From sequence record OR544954: a stretch of DNA of 64,000 nucleotides, one strand, 5' to 3'. Of the stretch, positions 36,809 to 50,120 are shown one piece after another. The notes beneath the pieces were generated by a model. That model was not told the DNA's origin and did no database searches. It saw only the letters and a list, made by a program, of their open reading frames with translations. This stretch comes from Escherichia phage vB_EcoM_EP32a. The first letter of the stretch is position 1, and every line of letters starts with the position of its first letter. The position numbers were made by a program, and so were the translations under genes.

Positions 36809-36837
36809 TATACAATCAGATAGGGCTATGTTATAGT
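36808..36837 (+). promoter_or_regulatory. T4-type early promoter with inverted repeat (PeSL-like)
   Basis: GTATAC-N18-TATAGT; ATAGGGCTA / TAGCCCTAT inverted repeat. Confidence 0.5.
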
Positions 36838-36870
36838 AGCCCTATCAAATCAAAAGTGAAGGAGAATAAA

Positions 36871-37119
36871 ATGAGATTGCAACGCCAGAGCATCAAAGAT
36901 TCTGAAGTTAGAGGTAAATGGTACTTCAACATCGTTGGTAAAGACGCTGAACTCCTTGAACAAGCTGAAGAAGCTTTACGCGAAATGGGTTGGAATGAAG
37001 AATGTGATGGATGTCCACTTTATGAAGATGGTGAAAGTTCAGGATTCTGGATTTGCCACTCTGATGTTGAAATGTTCAAAGCCGATTGGAAAATTGTTAA
37101 GAAAAATCTGAGGAAATAA
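36871..37119 (+). CDS. hypothetical Cys-containing small protein (82 aa)
   Basis: ATG at 36871 with SD GAAGGAGAA. Confidence 0.5.
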   Translation: MRLQRQSIKDSEVRGKWYFNIVGKDAELLEQAEEALREMGWNEECDGCPLYEDGESSGFWICHSDVEMFKADWKIVKKNLRK

Positions 37120-37121
37120 TT

Positions 37122-38807
<1,686 letters not shown>

Positions 38808-38808
38808 A

Positions 38809-39063
38809 ATGATTTTACGTTTTATTAATTCATATGGCACCACAATTTTTGAAATGAAAAATCCTACCGAACTGGATATCCCTTCGCCGAATAGTGAAAT
38901 CACAGTTAAAGGTGAACGATTCATTTGCTATTCACACGAACGAATTTATGAATATCGTGAATTTTGTGGTGGTTACGGTATAGAAAAAGAACCGTTGGTT
39001 TATTTCGATATCACGGTCTTGACTCCTAAAGAATATGAAGAAATTATTGCTGAGGATAATTAA
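38809..39063 (+). CDS. hypothetical protein (84 aa)
   Basis: ORF between td and nrdA. Confidence 0.5.
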   Translation: MILRFINSYGTTIFEMKNPTELDIPSPNSEITVKGERFICYSHERIYEYREFCGGYGIEKEPLVYFDITVLTPKEYEEIIAEDN

Positions 39064-39150
39064 CGCTTCAGTTTAAAAGTGTATAATAAATTAACGGGAT
39101 AAATACTATCCCGTTTGGAGTAATGTCTATCAACCTATACTGAGGAATAT

Positions 39151-41406
39151 ATGCAAGTAACTAAGAGCAGTGGGGTATCCCAAAATTTTGATGCACAGAA
39201 AATTATTCAAGTATTAACTTGGCAATGTGAAGGAACACAAATCGACCCATATGAATTGTATGAAGAAATTAAGACCCATCTTGTCGATGGGATGAGCACC
39301 AAAGACATTCAGAAGATTTGTATTAAAGTTGCAGCTAACTCGATTTCTGTCGAAGAACCTGATTATCAATACGTCGCCGCTAAAGGACTAATGTTTGCAC
39401 TTCGTAAAGATGTATATGGGCAGTTTGAACCGCCTGCTTTTATCGACCATATTTCTTACTGTGTTAATGAAGGCAAATATGACCCTGAGCTGTTGTCTCA
39501 ATATTCAGCAGAAGAAATCATTTATCTCGATTCACAGATTAAACATGAACGAGACTTTGACCTGACTTATGCTGGTGCTATGCAGCTTAAAGAAAAATAC
39601 CTGGTTAAAGATAAAACAACTGGTAAGATTTATGAAACTCCCCAGTTTGCTATCATGGCTATTGGTATGGCCTTACATCAAGACGAAACTCATGACCGTT
39701 TGAAACATATTATTCGTTTTTACGATGCCGTTTCTACTCATCAAGTTTCATTGCCTACTCCAATTATGGCAGGTGCTCGTACTCCAACTCGCCAGTTCTC
39801 TAGTTGTGTAGTTATTGAAGCCGGTGATTCGTTAAAATCTATTAACAAAACTTCAGCATCAATTATTGAATATATTTCTAAACGAGCTGGTATCGGTATC
39901 AACGTTGGTATGCTTCGTGCAGAAGGTTCTAAGATCGGTATGGGTGAAGTTCGACATACGGGTGTTATTCCATTCTGGAAACATTTCCAAACTGCAGTAA
40001 AATCTTGTTCTCAAGGTGGTATTCGTGGTGGTGCTGCTACAGCGTATTATCCAATGTGGCACTTAGAAGTAGAGAACCTATTAGTTCTGAAAAATAACAA
40101 AGGTGTGGATGAAAACCGTATTCGGCATATGGACTACGGAATTCAGATTAATGACCTTATGATGGAACGCCTTGGTAAAAATGATTATATTACTTTATTT
40201 AGCCCTCACGAAATGTCAGGCGAACTATACTACTCGTTCTTTGAAGATCAAGATAAATTCCGTGAGCTTTATGAGAAAGCTGAAAAAGACCCAACAATCA
40301 GAAAGAAAAGAATCAAAGCACTAGAACTCTTTGAATTGTTCATGACTGAACGTTCTGGCACTGCTCGAATTTATCCGCAGTTTGTTGATAACACGAATAA
40401 CTACACTCCATTTATTCGTGAAAAAGCTCCAATTCGTCAGAGTAACTTATGTTGTGAAATCGCTATTCCGACTAATGATGTGAATGGACCTGACGCTGAA
40501 ATCGGTTTATGCACATTATCTGCTTTTGTATTAGATAAATTTGATTGGCAAGACCAAGATAAAATTAATGAACTTGCTGAAGTACAAGTACGTGCACTTG
40601 ATAACCTGTTAGACTATCAAGATTATCCGGTTCCAGAAGCTTTAAAAGCTAAAAAGCGTCGAAACCTCGGTGTCGGTGTGACGAACTATGCTGCATGGTT
40701 AGCTTCTAACTTTGCTTCATATGAAGACGCTAACGATTTGACTCATGAATTGTTTGAGAGATTGCAATATGGCCTTATCAAAGCTTCAATCAAACTCGCC
40801 AAAGAAAAAGGACCTTGTGAGTATTATTCAGACACTAAATGGTCTAGAGGCGAATTACCTATCGACTGGTACAATAAAAAGATTGACCAAATCGCAGCCC
40901 CGAACTACGTCTGTGACTGGGAAGAACTTCGAGCTGAACTCAAAGAACATGGAATTCGTAACTCAACGTTGTCTGCACTCATGCCTTGTGAGTCAAGCAG
41001 TCAAGTATCGAACTCTACAAACGGGATTGAGCCACCACGTGGTCCAGTAAGTATTAAAGAATCTAAAGAAGGCAACTTCCGACAGGTTGTTCCTAATATC
41101 GAACATAACATGAGTCTTTACGACTATGCGTGGAAACTTGCTAAGAAAGGTAATAAACCTTATTTGACCCAAGTTGCTATCATGTTGAAATGGGTGTGCC
41201 AATCTGCTTCTGCTAATACTTACTATGACCCTGCAGTATTTGAGAAAGGTAAAGTGCCAATGTCAGTAATGCTTGACGATCTGCTTTACTTCTGGTACTT
41301 TGGCGGAAAAAACCTCTACTATCATAACACTCGTGATGGGTCAGGTACAGACGACTATGAATTAGAAACACCTAAAGCTGAAGATTGTTCTGCTTGTAAG
41401 CTTTAA
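39151..41406 (+). CDS. nrdA: ribonucleotide reductase large subunit NrdA (class Ia)
   Basis: 751 aa; class I RNR active-site motif SNLCCEIAIPT; synteny. Confidence 0.95.
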   Translation: MQVTKSSGVSQNFDAQKIIQVLTWQCEGTQIDPYELYEEIKTHLVDGMSTKDIQKICIKVAANSISVEEPDYQYVAAKGLMFALRKDVYGQFEPPAFIDHISYCVNEGKYDPELLSQYSAEEIIYLDSQIKHERDFDLTYAGAMQLKEKYLVKDKTTGKIYETPQFAIMAIGMALHQDETHDRLKHIIRFYDAVSTHQVSLPTPIMAGARTPTRQFSSCVVIEAGDSLKSINKTSASIIEYISKRAGIGINVGMLRAEGSKIGMGEVRHTGVIPFWKHFQTAVKSCSQGGIRGGAATAYYPMWHLEVENLLVLKNNKGVDENRIRHMDYGIQINDLMMERLGKNDYITLFSPHEMSGELYYSFFEDQDKFRELYEKAEKDPTIRKKRIKALELFELFMTERSGTARIYPQFVDNTNNYTPFIREKAPIRQSNLCCEIAIPTNDVNGPDAEIGLCTLSAFVLDKFDWQDQDKINELAEVQVRALDNLLDYQDYPVPEALKAKKRRNLGVGVTNYAAWLASNFASYEDANDLTHELFERLQYGLIKASIKLAKEKGPCEYYSDTKWSRGELPIDWYNKKIDQIAAPNYVCDWEELRAELKEHGIRNSTLSALMPCESSSQVSNSTNGIEPPRGPVSIKESKEGNFRQVVPNIEHNMSLYDYAWKLAKKGNKPYLTQVAIMLKWVCQSASANTYYDPAVFEKGKVPMSVMLDDLLYFWYFGGKNLYYHNTRDGSGTDDYELETPKAEDCSACKL

Positions 41407-41460
41407 GACTTTTGATTATAATTTACTCATGGATGAGTCAATAACTTATTGAGAAATATA

Positions 41461-42639
41461 ATGAGTACAGTTTTTAATACACAACAAGTTGATGTTTTGA
41501 ATGAACCGATGTTCTTTGGTTCTGGTCTTGGCCTCGCACGGTATGATATTCAGCGTCATAAAGTTTTTGAAGAGCTTATCGAAAAGCAGCTCTCGTTCTT
41601 TTGGCGTCCCGAGGAAGTAAACTTGATGTTGGATTCGGCCCAGTTCAATAAGCTTCCTCAGTTCCAACAGAATATCTTTACCAACAACCTTAAGTATCAA
41701 TCATTATTAGATTCTATCCAAGGCAGGGCACCATCTGCGGTACTTATGTCATTGCTTTCAGACCCTTCATTAGATACATGGGTTGCTACATGGACTTTCA
41801 GTGAAACTATTCACTCCCGTTCATATACTCATATCATGCGAAATCTTTATACCGATCCATCGAAGGTATTCGACGAGATTGTATTAGATGAAGCTATTAT
41901 GAAGCGTGCTGAATCTATCGGACGTTATTACGACGATGTCTTAGTTAAAACTCGTTATTGGGAAAATGCTAAAGCTGATATCGAATACCAAAAAGAAATT
42001 AATGCAGACGAAGACGTTATTGAAGATGCTATTGAGCATGAGACATATTGGAAGCGTGAGCTAATGAAATCTCTTTATCTCTGTCTGCATGTTATTAACG
42101 CCTTGGAAGCTATTCGTTTTTATGTATCTTTCGCATGCACCTTTAACTTCCACAAGAATATGGAAATCATGGAAGGTAATGCCAAGATTATGAAGTTCAT
42201 TGCTCGTGATGAACAGCTCCACCTCAAGGGCACTCAATATATTATTCGTGCTTTACAAGATGGCGAAGACGGTGATGAATGGGTCAAAATTGCTCAAGAG
42301 TGTGAACAAGAAGCAGTTGATATTTTCATGGAAGTTAATGCTCAAGAAAAAGAATGGGCTGAACACTTGTTTAAAGATGGTGCTCTGCCAGGGCTAAATG
42401 TTAAAATCCTAAGTGAATTTGTGGATTACCTTACTGTATCTCGTATGCGTAGTTGTGGTCTGCCATGTCCTCTTAAAGACGTATCAACTCGTCATCCTAT
42501 TCCATGGATTCGTGAATATCTGAACTCCGATTTAGTTCAAGCAGCTCCTCAGGAAGTTGAAATCAGTTCTTATCTTGTCGCACAAATTGATAATGATGTA
42601 GACCAAAATGTAATCAATTCATACAAAAAATATTTCTAA
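41461..42639 (+). CDS. nrdB: ribonucleotide reductase small subunit NrdB (intronless)
   Basis: 392 aa from ATG 41461 (ORF track start 41449 is TTG); di-iron/tyrosyl-radical R2 fold; no intron. Confidence 0.9.
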   Translation: MSTVFNTQQVDVLNEPMFFGSGLGLARYDIQRHKVFEELIEKQLSFFWRPEEVNLMLDSAQFNKLPQFQQNIFTNNLKYQSLLDSIQGRAPSAVLMSLLSDPSLDTWVATWTFSETIHSRSYTHIMRNLYTDPSKVFDEIVLDEAIMKRAESIGRYYDDVLVKTRYWENAKADIEYQKEINADEDVIEDAIEHETYWKRELMKSLYLCLHVINALEAIRFYVSFACTFNFHKNMEIMEGNAKIMKFIARDEQLHLKGTQYIIRALQDGEDGDEWVKIAQECEQEAVDIFMEVNAQEKEWAEHLFKDGALPGLNVKILSEFVDYLTVSRMRSCGLPCPLKDVSTRHPIPWIREYLNSDLVQAAPQEVEISSYLVAQIDNDVDQNVINSYKKYF

Positions 42640-42643
42640 GGAC

Positions 42644-42665
42644 GGGACTTCGGTCCCACTTTATT
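42644..42665 (+). terminator. hairpin terminator-like element
   Basis: GGGAC-TTCG-GTCCC followed by ACTTTATT. Confidence 0.55.
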
Positions 42666-43076
42666 ATGAAAGATATTGCCGCCGAATATTCCTTTATTAA
42701 ATATACAGAATTGGAGCTATTAGAAGATGCAACAATTAAAACAGTTGATGTCCCTAATAAGAAAAATGTCATATACGCTATTGCTATAGATGACGAACTT
42801 GTGTATATTGGTAAAACCAAGAATTTAAAGAAACGCATTAACTATTATCGAACAGCCATAAATCGAAAAGACCAGACTTCAGATTCAAGAAAATCACTTA
42901 TGATTTTGGATGCCTTAATGCAAGGCAAAAAGGTTGAATTCTGGGCCCGCCAATGTTTTGACCTTTCAGTCACCAACGAACTTGGTTCAATGACCATCGC
43001 AACAATGGACCTTGAAGAACCGCTTTTTATCAAAAAGTTCAACCCGCCTTGGAATATCCAACATAAGAAAAAGTAG
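42666..43076 (+). CDS. denA: endonuclease II (DenA), GIY-YIG family
   Basis: 136 aa; GIY-YIG-like IYAIAIDDELVYIGKT...R..Y; size and synteny match T4 denA. Confidence 0.7.
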   Translation: MKDIAAEYSFIKYTELELLEDATIKTVDVPNKKNVIYAIAIDDELVYIGKTKNLKKRINYYRTAINRKDQTSDSRKSLMILDALMQGKKVEFWARQCFDLSVTNELGSMTIATMDLEEPLFIKKFNPPWNIQHKKK

Positions 43077-43105
43077 TTTACACACCACAAGGATTGTGGT
43101 ACAAT
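43076..43105 (+). promoter_or_regulatory. T4-type early promoter (GTTTAC-N18-TACAAT)
   Basis: -35/-10 pair with CCACAA/TTGTGG inverted repeat upstream of rnlA. Confidence 0.5.
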
Positions 43106-43123
43106 TTAAAAAAAACTAACTGA

Positions 43124-44257
<1,134 letters not shown>

Positions 44258-44259
44258 TG

Positions 44260-44289
44260 GTTTACAAACACCAAGGAAGGTGTTACTAT
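44260..44289 (+). promoter_or_regulatory. T4-type early promoter (GTTTAC-N18-TACTAT)
   Basis: -35/-10 pair upstream of ORF 44319. Confidence 0.5.
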
Positions 44290-44318
44290 GGGTTTATCAA
44301 CAACACGAGGAGAAAATT

Positions 44319-44819
44319 ATGAATATGCAATTGATTACTAACGATATGGTCGTAAACGCTTTTGGAGACACAACAGACGGAATCCGAGTCTTTAAGAAAG
44401 GACGTCCAGTTGGTTATCTTACTGACCTACGTGTTACACTGGCCAAAAATCTTAAAAAGAAAGTAAAACAAAAAGAGTATTCCACCCGATACGCTGAAGA
44501 GAAACGCGAAGCGATGCCGGAAGCAGTTAATGCCATGGTAGAATTTCTTCAAAACAATTTGACTAAATATGACGCTAATGTTTTCGTTAATATTAGTCAA
44601 CCAAACGTACATATCGCAGGTATAAAATTCTACATTATTTGCGACCCTCTTACAGACAAATTCAACCGCCTCGGAATTTCAAGTCCATATCATACAGCAG
44701 AAGAGTTGTGTGTATTGTTTGAATCGTACAAAATCCAGTGTGATGGTTTGAAAACCGTTCTTATCAATGGATTATCCCGAGATGAAATCATTGAGATTAT
44801 TAAAACATGCTTAAAGTAA
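44319..44819 (+). CDS. hypothetical protein, Alc-like by size and position (166 aa)
   Basis: ATG at 44319 with SD GAGGAGAAA; located right after rnlA as alc is in T4. Confidence 0.4.
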   Translation: MNMQLITNDMVVNAFGDTTDGIRVFKKGRPVGYLTDLRVTLAKNLKKKVKQKEYSTRYAEEKREAMPEAVNAMVEFLQNNLTKYDANVFVNISQPNVHIAGIKFYIICDPLTDKFNRLGISSPYHTAEELCVLFESYKIQCDGLKTVLINGLSRDEIIEIIKTCLK

Positions 44820-45163
44820 ATCCGATTTATGCTATAATAGCAGCTTTTGCTCTAGTTTCTACGGTAACAATAGTTGTCTTAAACAACAAAGTTGATTCGT
44901 TGAATACTGAATTAGCTTCTGTTAAAAAGACCGCTAAAAACAATGCTAAAGTATTAGACGACTTCAAAGCTCAATATCAGTCAATCGAAGAAATGACTTA
45001 CAAGAATCGTGTTTTAGTTGACCAACTTAAGGCCGAAAATGAAAAGCTCCGTAAGGATTCGAAGAAGAAGAACGTGGTGGCAAGTAAACCAGGATTGGTC
45101 GAAAAACAAATCAACAAGTCCTTCGATTCCTTTGCAGAAGACCTCAGGAAGCTCTCAGAATGA
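44807..45163 (+). CDS. i-spanin (Rz-like; pseT.3 position)
   Basis: N-terminal TM helix IYAIIAAFALVSTVTIVVL followed by charged coiled-coil region. Confidence 0.6.
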   Translation: MLKVNPIYAIIAAFALVSTVTIVVLNNKVDSLNTELASVKKTAKNNAKVLDDFKAQYQSIEEMTYKNRVLVDQLKAENEKLRKDSKKKNVVASKPGLVEKQINKSFDSFAEDLRKLSE

Positions 45164-45450
45164 TTAAATTAACCGCAGTTGTATTATCTATTGGTCTCCT
45201 AGTTGGATGTACTCAGGATGTGCCAGTAAGCCCTAAAGAAACTTTACATCCTTCATGGCCTACGCCTATTTCCGAATATAACCAGAAATGGCAAGTAAAG
45301 GTTATTGATGGTAATCCATGGGTTGGAATGCCATTTGAAGACTCTCAAGAATTTCGTATCTGGTTAAACGACGTAAAAAGATATGTACATGACCAGAAGA
45401 CTATGATATGTTATTATCGTAGTGGTTTAAAAGAGGAAAAATGCCAATGA
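45160..45450 (+). CDS. o-spanin lipoprotein (Rz1-like; pseT.2 position)
   Basis: Signal peptide with lipobox LLVGC; separate non-embedded ORF immediately after the i-spanin. Confidence 0.6.
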   Translation: MIKLTAVVLSIGLLVGCTQDVPVSPKETLHPSWPTPISEYNQKWQVKVIDGNPWVGMPFEDSQEFRIWLNDVKRYVHDQKTMICYYRSGLKEEKCQ

Positions 45451-45665
45451 CTAAAGAACAGCATGAATACATTAAAGGGCTTATCTATGAATCTGAAATG
45501 GCGGCTATGATTTATGGGCGCCAGATTCAACGATTAGAATCTTTGCCTCCGACTAATGACCGCTTGTTAGTTCAGTCTCGTGCTAATCTGAAAAATGAAT
45601 ATCAGAATAAGTGGGCAGTAGCGACTAAAGCTCTTCACGAGTATATTGAATCTTTAGTAAAATAG
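45441..45665 (+). CDS. hypothetical protein (74 aa)
   Basis: ORF overlapping the spanin gene end. Confidence 0.45.
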   Translation: MPMTKEQHEYIKGLIYESEMAAMIYGRQIQRLESLPPTNDRLLVQSRANLKNEYQNKWAVATKALHEYIESLVK

Positions 45666-45694
45666 TTTACAAACTCTCAGGAGCAGAGTATAAT
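45665..45694 (+). promoter_or_regulatory. T4-type early promoter with inverted repeat (PeSL-like)
   Basis: GTTTAC-N18-TATAAT; AGGAGCA / TGCTCCT inverted repeat; near-duplicate of 19625 cassette. Confidence 0.55.
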
Positions 45695-45722
45695 GCTCCT
45701 ATGGATAATTGAGGAAATCTAA

Positions 45723-46021
45723 ATGAAAACATTACTAGAGAATTACATCAAACGGTCTGATGAGTATATTGATATCTGTCGTGGAATGTCACTTGGCAAT
45801 TATGACAAAGATGCAGCAAAGGCACTAGATGAAGCAGGTAAAGCTCTTCGTAAAGCTGCTAAAGAAAAAGGGTTGGATTTGCAACAACTCAAAAGTCATA
45901 TGATTAAATTTATTTCTTCAAACGTTAGAAGTACGTCAATTAATAAAAACGTTGCTGAAATTAATAAAGACCGGCGCGAGCATAACATTCGTATTCTTGA
46001 AATTTTCTTAGGAATAAAATA

Positions 46022-46022
<1 letters not shown>
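45723..46022 (+). CDS. hypothetical protein (99 aa)
   Basis: ORF behind a promoter cassette. Confidence 0.5.
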
Positions 46023-47108
<1,086 letters not shown>

Positions 47109-47109
<1 letters not shown>

Positions 47110-47300
47110 TGAAACGATTATATGAAGTGATTGAGGCCATCGAACAGCATAAAGAATATTTGTTTGTAGCCTGGCCTTTAGTAAATGGACAGTTCGGTAT
47201 TGATGTGCTGGACTATGAGCATGAAGAACGTTTGGACGGTGGTATATTTGATAACGTCGACCAGGCAATTGAATGGTTAAATGAAAACTATGTACGATAA
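47109..47300 (+). CDS. hypothetical protein (63 aa)
   Basis: ORF in pseT-cd variable cluster. Confidence 0.45.
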
Positions 47301-47505
47301 ACATCATGAAATCGAAGATGAAGCATACAAAATGCTTCGTGAACTAGTGGGACTTAATATGAGTCCTACATTAATCAACAAACTCGCAGGAATTCGTAAT
47401 GATCTGAATACTCGTTACAAAGGCGAATATCATGTAGAGTTTGTTCCTGTAGGTGAACCGACCGAGCGATTTGTTGTTCGAGTTAAAGTAAATACTGTAC
47501 ACTGA
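47281..47505 (+). CDS. hypothetical protein (74 aa)
   Basis: ORF in pseT-cd variable cluster. Confidence 0.45.
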   Translation: MKTMYDKHHEIEDEAYKMLRELVGLNMSPTLINKLAGIRNDLNTRYKGEYHVEFVPVGEPTERFVVRVKVNTVH

Positions 47506-47512
47506 GGTAATT

Positions 47513-47788
47513 ATGTTCCCAACTTATTCTGAAATTGTAAAGGTAGTCTTCAGTCAGATTATTGCTAATAATATGTTTGAAGTGCTTGATAATGCAGCCG
47601 AACTCAGAGTTCATGCTCAACTAACTCATGTACTCAATGCTTTGCTCCCAGACCAAGTAGATTCTATTGCTATTACTCTTCTCCCTGGGTCTGCGCACGT
47701 CATAGTGGTATTTGATCTTGATGGTGATTTAGTTATCCAGTGTGATATCAATTTCGGTACACAAAAAATTGAATGCAAAGCAATTTAA
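47513..47788 (+). CDS. hypothetical protein (91 aa)
   Basis: ORF in pseT-cd variable cluster. Confidence 0.45.
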   Translation: MFPTYSEIVKVVFSQIIANNMFEVLDNAAELRVHAQLTHVLNALLPDQVDSIAITLLPGSAHVIVVFDLDGDLVIQCDINFGTQKIECKAI

Positions 47789-47790
47789 TG

Positions 47791-47820
47791 GTTTACAACA
47801 TGGTGGAGTTGTGATACTAT
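47791..47820 (+). promoter_or_regulatory. T4-type early promoter (GTTTAC-N18-TACTAT)
   Basis: -35/-10 pair upstream of ORF 47849. Confidence 0.5.
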
Positions 47821-47848
47821 AACTCTACCAACAAATGAGGAAATAGAA

Positions 47849-48085
47849 ATGCTAAGTGAAAACCCAATTACAGTACACGAATTTCAGATTAAAGTAAAAG
47901 AATTTGCTCAAGCACTCATCAATAAAGTGTCTGAACGTTTCCAAGATGCAACATTACGAGTTATTCAAGAATCTCCACGTTCTTTTCTCATAATCGTTAA
48001 TCCTAAAGATGGTGACCAAATTACTAATCTTAAATTAGGCAGTGATGGTCTTGTTGAAGCAACTCGAGTATATGGAACACTATAA
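47849..48085 (+). CDS. hypothetical protein (78 aa)
   Basis: ORF behind a promoter cassette. Confidence 0.45.
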   Translation: MLSENPITVHEFQIKVKEFAQALINKVSERFQDATLRVIQESPRSFLIIVNPKDGDQITNLKLGSDGLVEATRVYGTL

Positions 48086-48205
48086 TGAGAGCTATCTCAT
48101 TACTATCGAGAATGGTCATAAATCTGAGCACTACCAACTTAGCCTGGCTGGTCCGGTTAAAGGTATTGTTGAATCAGAATCTGTTTATATCTCCTAAGGA
48201 TTGTT

Positions 48206-49198
48206 ATGTTACCTGTCATCAGAAAACTTATTTCTCCAAAAGAACTGGCTGAGATTATTCCTTTGTCGGAAGCTTACGCATCACAAGTGGCTTCTCATCG
48301 CGAACAAGTTAATTCGATTATGAACGGTGAAGACTCACGCAAACTTATTGTTGTAGGTCCTTGTTCAATTCATGACCCTATTGCTGCTGTTGAATACGGC
48401 AAACGTCTGGCTGAACTTCAAACTCGTCTTCCTAATGTTCTGTTAGTGATGCGCGTTTATTTTGAAAAGCCTCGAACTACCGTAGGTTGGAAAGGTCTTG
48501 TAAATGATCCATATCTTGACGGAAGTTTTGATATGAACCACGGTCTTATAGTTGCACGAACATTGTGTCGTAAACTTCTACGTATGGGACTTCCATTAGC
48601 AACTGAAGTATTAGACCCATTCACGATTAAGTATCTTTCTGGTATTTTCTCATGGGTTGCTATTGGCGCCCGTACGACTGAAAGTCAGACACATCGTGAA
48701 ATTGCTTCAGGTCTACCGATGTGCGTAGGCTTCAAGAACGCAACCAATGGTTCTATTAAAGTAGCTACAGACGCGATGTATAGTGCCGCCTGGCCTCATC
48801 GGTATATGGGTATGGACGTCGATGGTACTGTAGGCATTGTTGAAGCTGAAGGTAATCAGAATACGCATATCGTATTGCGTGGCGGGACCAACGGCCCGAA
48901 CTATCATTCTTCTGATATTCAAGAAGCTTCTAACAAAGCAAGGGCAGTAGGTCTGAATCATTATGTAATGGTTGACTGTAGCCATGCAAACGCTGATGGG
49001 CATTATAGCAATCAAATCGGTATTGGTAAAAATTTAGCAGCTAATGATTTGGTCAAAGGAATTATGATAGAATCGTTCCTACATGAAGGAAATCAAAAAA
49101 TTTCTGATAATATGTCCTATGGCGTTTCCGTTACCGATGCGTGCATCAGTTGGGAACAAACTAAAGAGCTGTTAACTTATATTAATAAGGTTCAATAA
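48206..49198 (+). CDS. 3-deoxy-D-arabino-heptulosonate-7-phosphate (DAHP) synthase, class I (AroG/AroF/AroH-like)
   Basis: 330 aa; motifs LIVVGPCSIHDP, MRVYFEKPRTTVGWKGL, IGARTTESQTHRE, VGFKNATNGS, ILRGG, DCSHANA, ESFLHEGNQ, VTDACISWE align with recalled E. coli AroG incl. metal ligands Cys/His/Glu/Asp; SD TAAGGA. Confidence 0.85.
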   Translation: MLPVIRKLISPKELAEIIPLSEAYASQVASHREQVNSIMNGEDSRKLIVVGPCSIHDPIAAVEYGKRLAELQTRLPNVLLVMRVYFEKPRTTVGWKGLVNDPYLDGSFDMNHGLIVARTLCRKLLRMGLPLATEVLDPFTIKYLSGIFSWVAIGARTTESQTHREIASGLPMCVGFKNATNGSIKVATDAMYSAAWPHRYMGMDVDGTVGIVEAEGNQNTHIVLRGGTNGPNYHSSDIQEASNKARAVGLNHYVMVDCSHANADGHYSNQIGIGKNLAANDLVKGIMIESFLHEGNQKISDNMSYGVSVTDACISWEQTKELLTYINKVQ

Positions 49199-49765
49199 TG
49201 AAAGCTAGCACATACCTTCAGATTGCATATCTGATTTCTCAAGAATCAAAATGTTGTTCATGGAAAGTTGGCGCAGTCATTGAAAAAGATGGGCGCATTA
49301 TTTCTACTGGGTATAACGGCTCTCAACTGTTGCGAACATGCATCTGAAAATGGTTGGTTGAAGAATAAACCAATCCCAGTCATCGTTGCTGGGCATAAAG
49401 AAGGCACTACAGCATTTGGACGGGCCGATAATTTTGTTTTGGCTAAAGAACATCGGGCTGCTCATAGTGCATGGTCTGCCAATAACGAAATCCATGCGGA
49501 ACTGAATGCAATTTTGTTTGCAGCTCGTAAAGGTAATTCTATTGAAGGTGCTACGTTGTATACGACACTTTCTCCATGTCCTGATTGCACTAAAGCTATT
49601 ACACAGTCAGGTATTAAAAAGGTTGTATACGCAGAATTATATGACAGATCTCCTGAAAATTGGGCAGACATTCTAAAACAAGCCGGTATTGAAGTAATTC
49701 AGTACTCTCGTAATAATCTTCGTTCTCTGAATTGGGAACAAATCCGAAACTTTTGTGGTGAATAA
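49198..49765 (+). pseudogene. cd: dCMP deaminase (cd) interrupted by a frameshift
   Basis: ATG 49198 gives MKASTYLQIAYLISQESKCCSWKVGAVIEKDGRIISTGYNGS then stop at 49345; deaminase core (NCCEHA...HAELNAIL...SPCPDC) continues in +1 frame 49268-49765; about 14 nt missing relative to recalled T4 cd. Confidence 0.6.
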
Positions 49766-49766
49766 T

Positions 49767-50063
49767 ATGATTTTAACTGAACAAGAGACTATGGTTCTTC
49801 GTGAACGTATTAAAACTATTCTGTCTGTAGGCGTTCATTGTGTTGTATTTGAAAAGGCTAACGGTGAGGTACGCACTATGTTTGCTTCTCGCGATGAACT
49901 TGAAGTCAAATATGAAAATAACAATCCGGCAACAGAAGTTCGTTATGAACCTCGTGAATCAGTTCGAGCATTCGATACCAAGTTAGGTCAGTGGCGTTCT
50001 TTCCGCCTTGATAAAGTAATTTCGGTTGATGGTACTCCGGTAGAACGTTTGCTTCTTATGTAA
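49767..50063 (+). CDS. hypothetical protein (98 aa)
   Basis: ATG at 49767 right after cd stop. Confidence 0.45.
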   Translation: MILTEQETMVLRERIKTILSVGVHCVVFEKANGEVRTMFASRDELEVKYENNNPATEVRYEPRESVRAFDTKLGQWRSFRLDKVISVDGTPVERLLLM

Positions 50064-50120
50064 TATGCTTTACGAATAGTATGGTATTATTAATCTATCG
50101 TCAAACAACAAGGAAATAAG

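Noticed and set aside
48086-48205. Small ORF starting at 48086 upstream of the DAHP synthase gene
   Set aside because: Out of frame with and overlapping the DAHP synthase start, no SD; the region more likely holds a hairpin (TAATGAGA-GCTA-TCTCATTA) and the RBS
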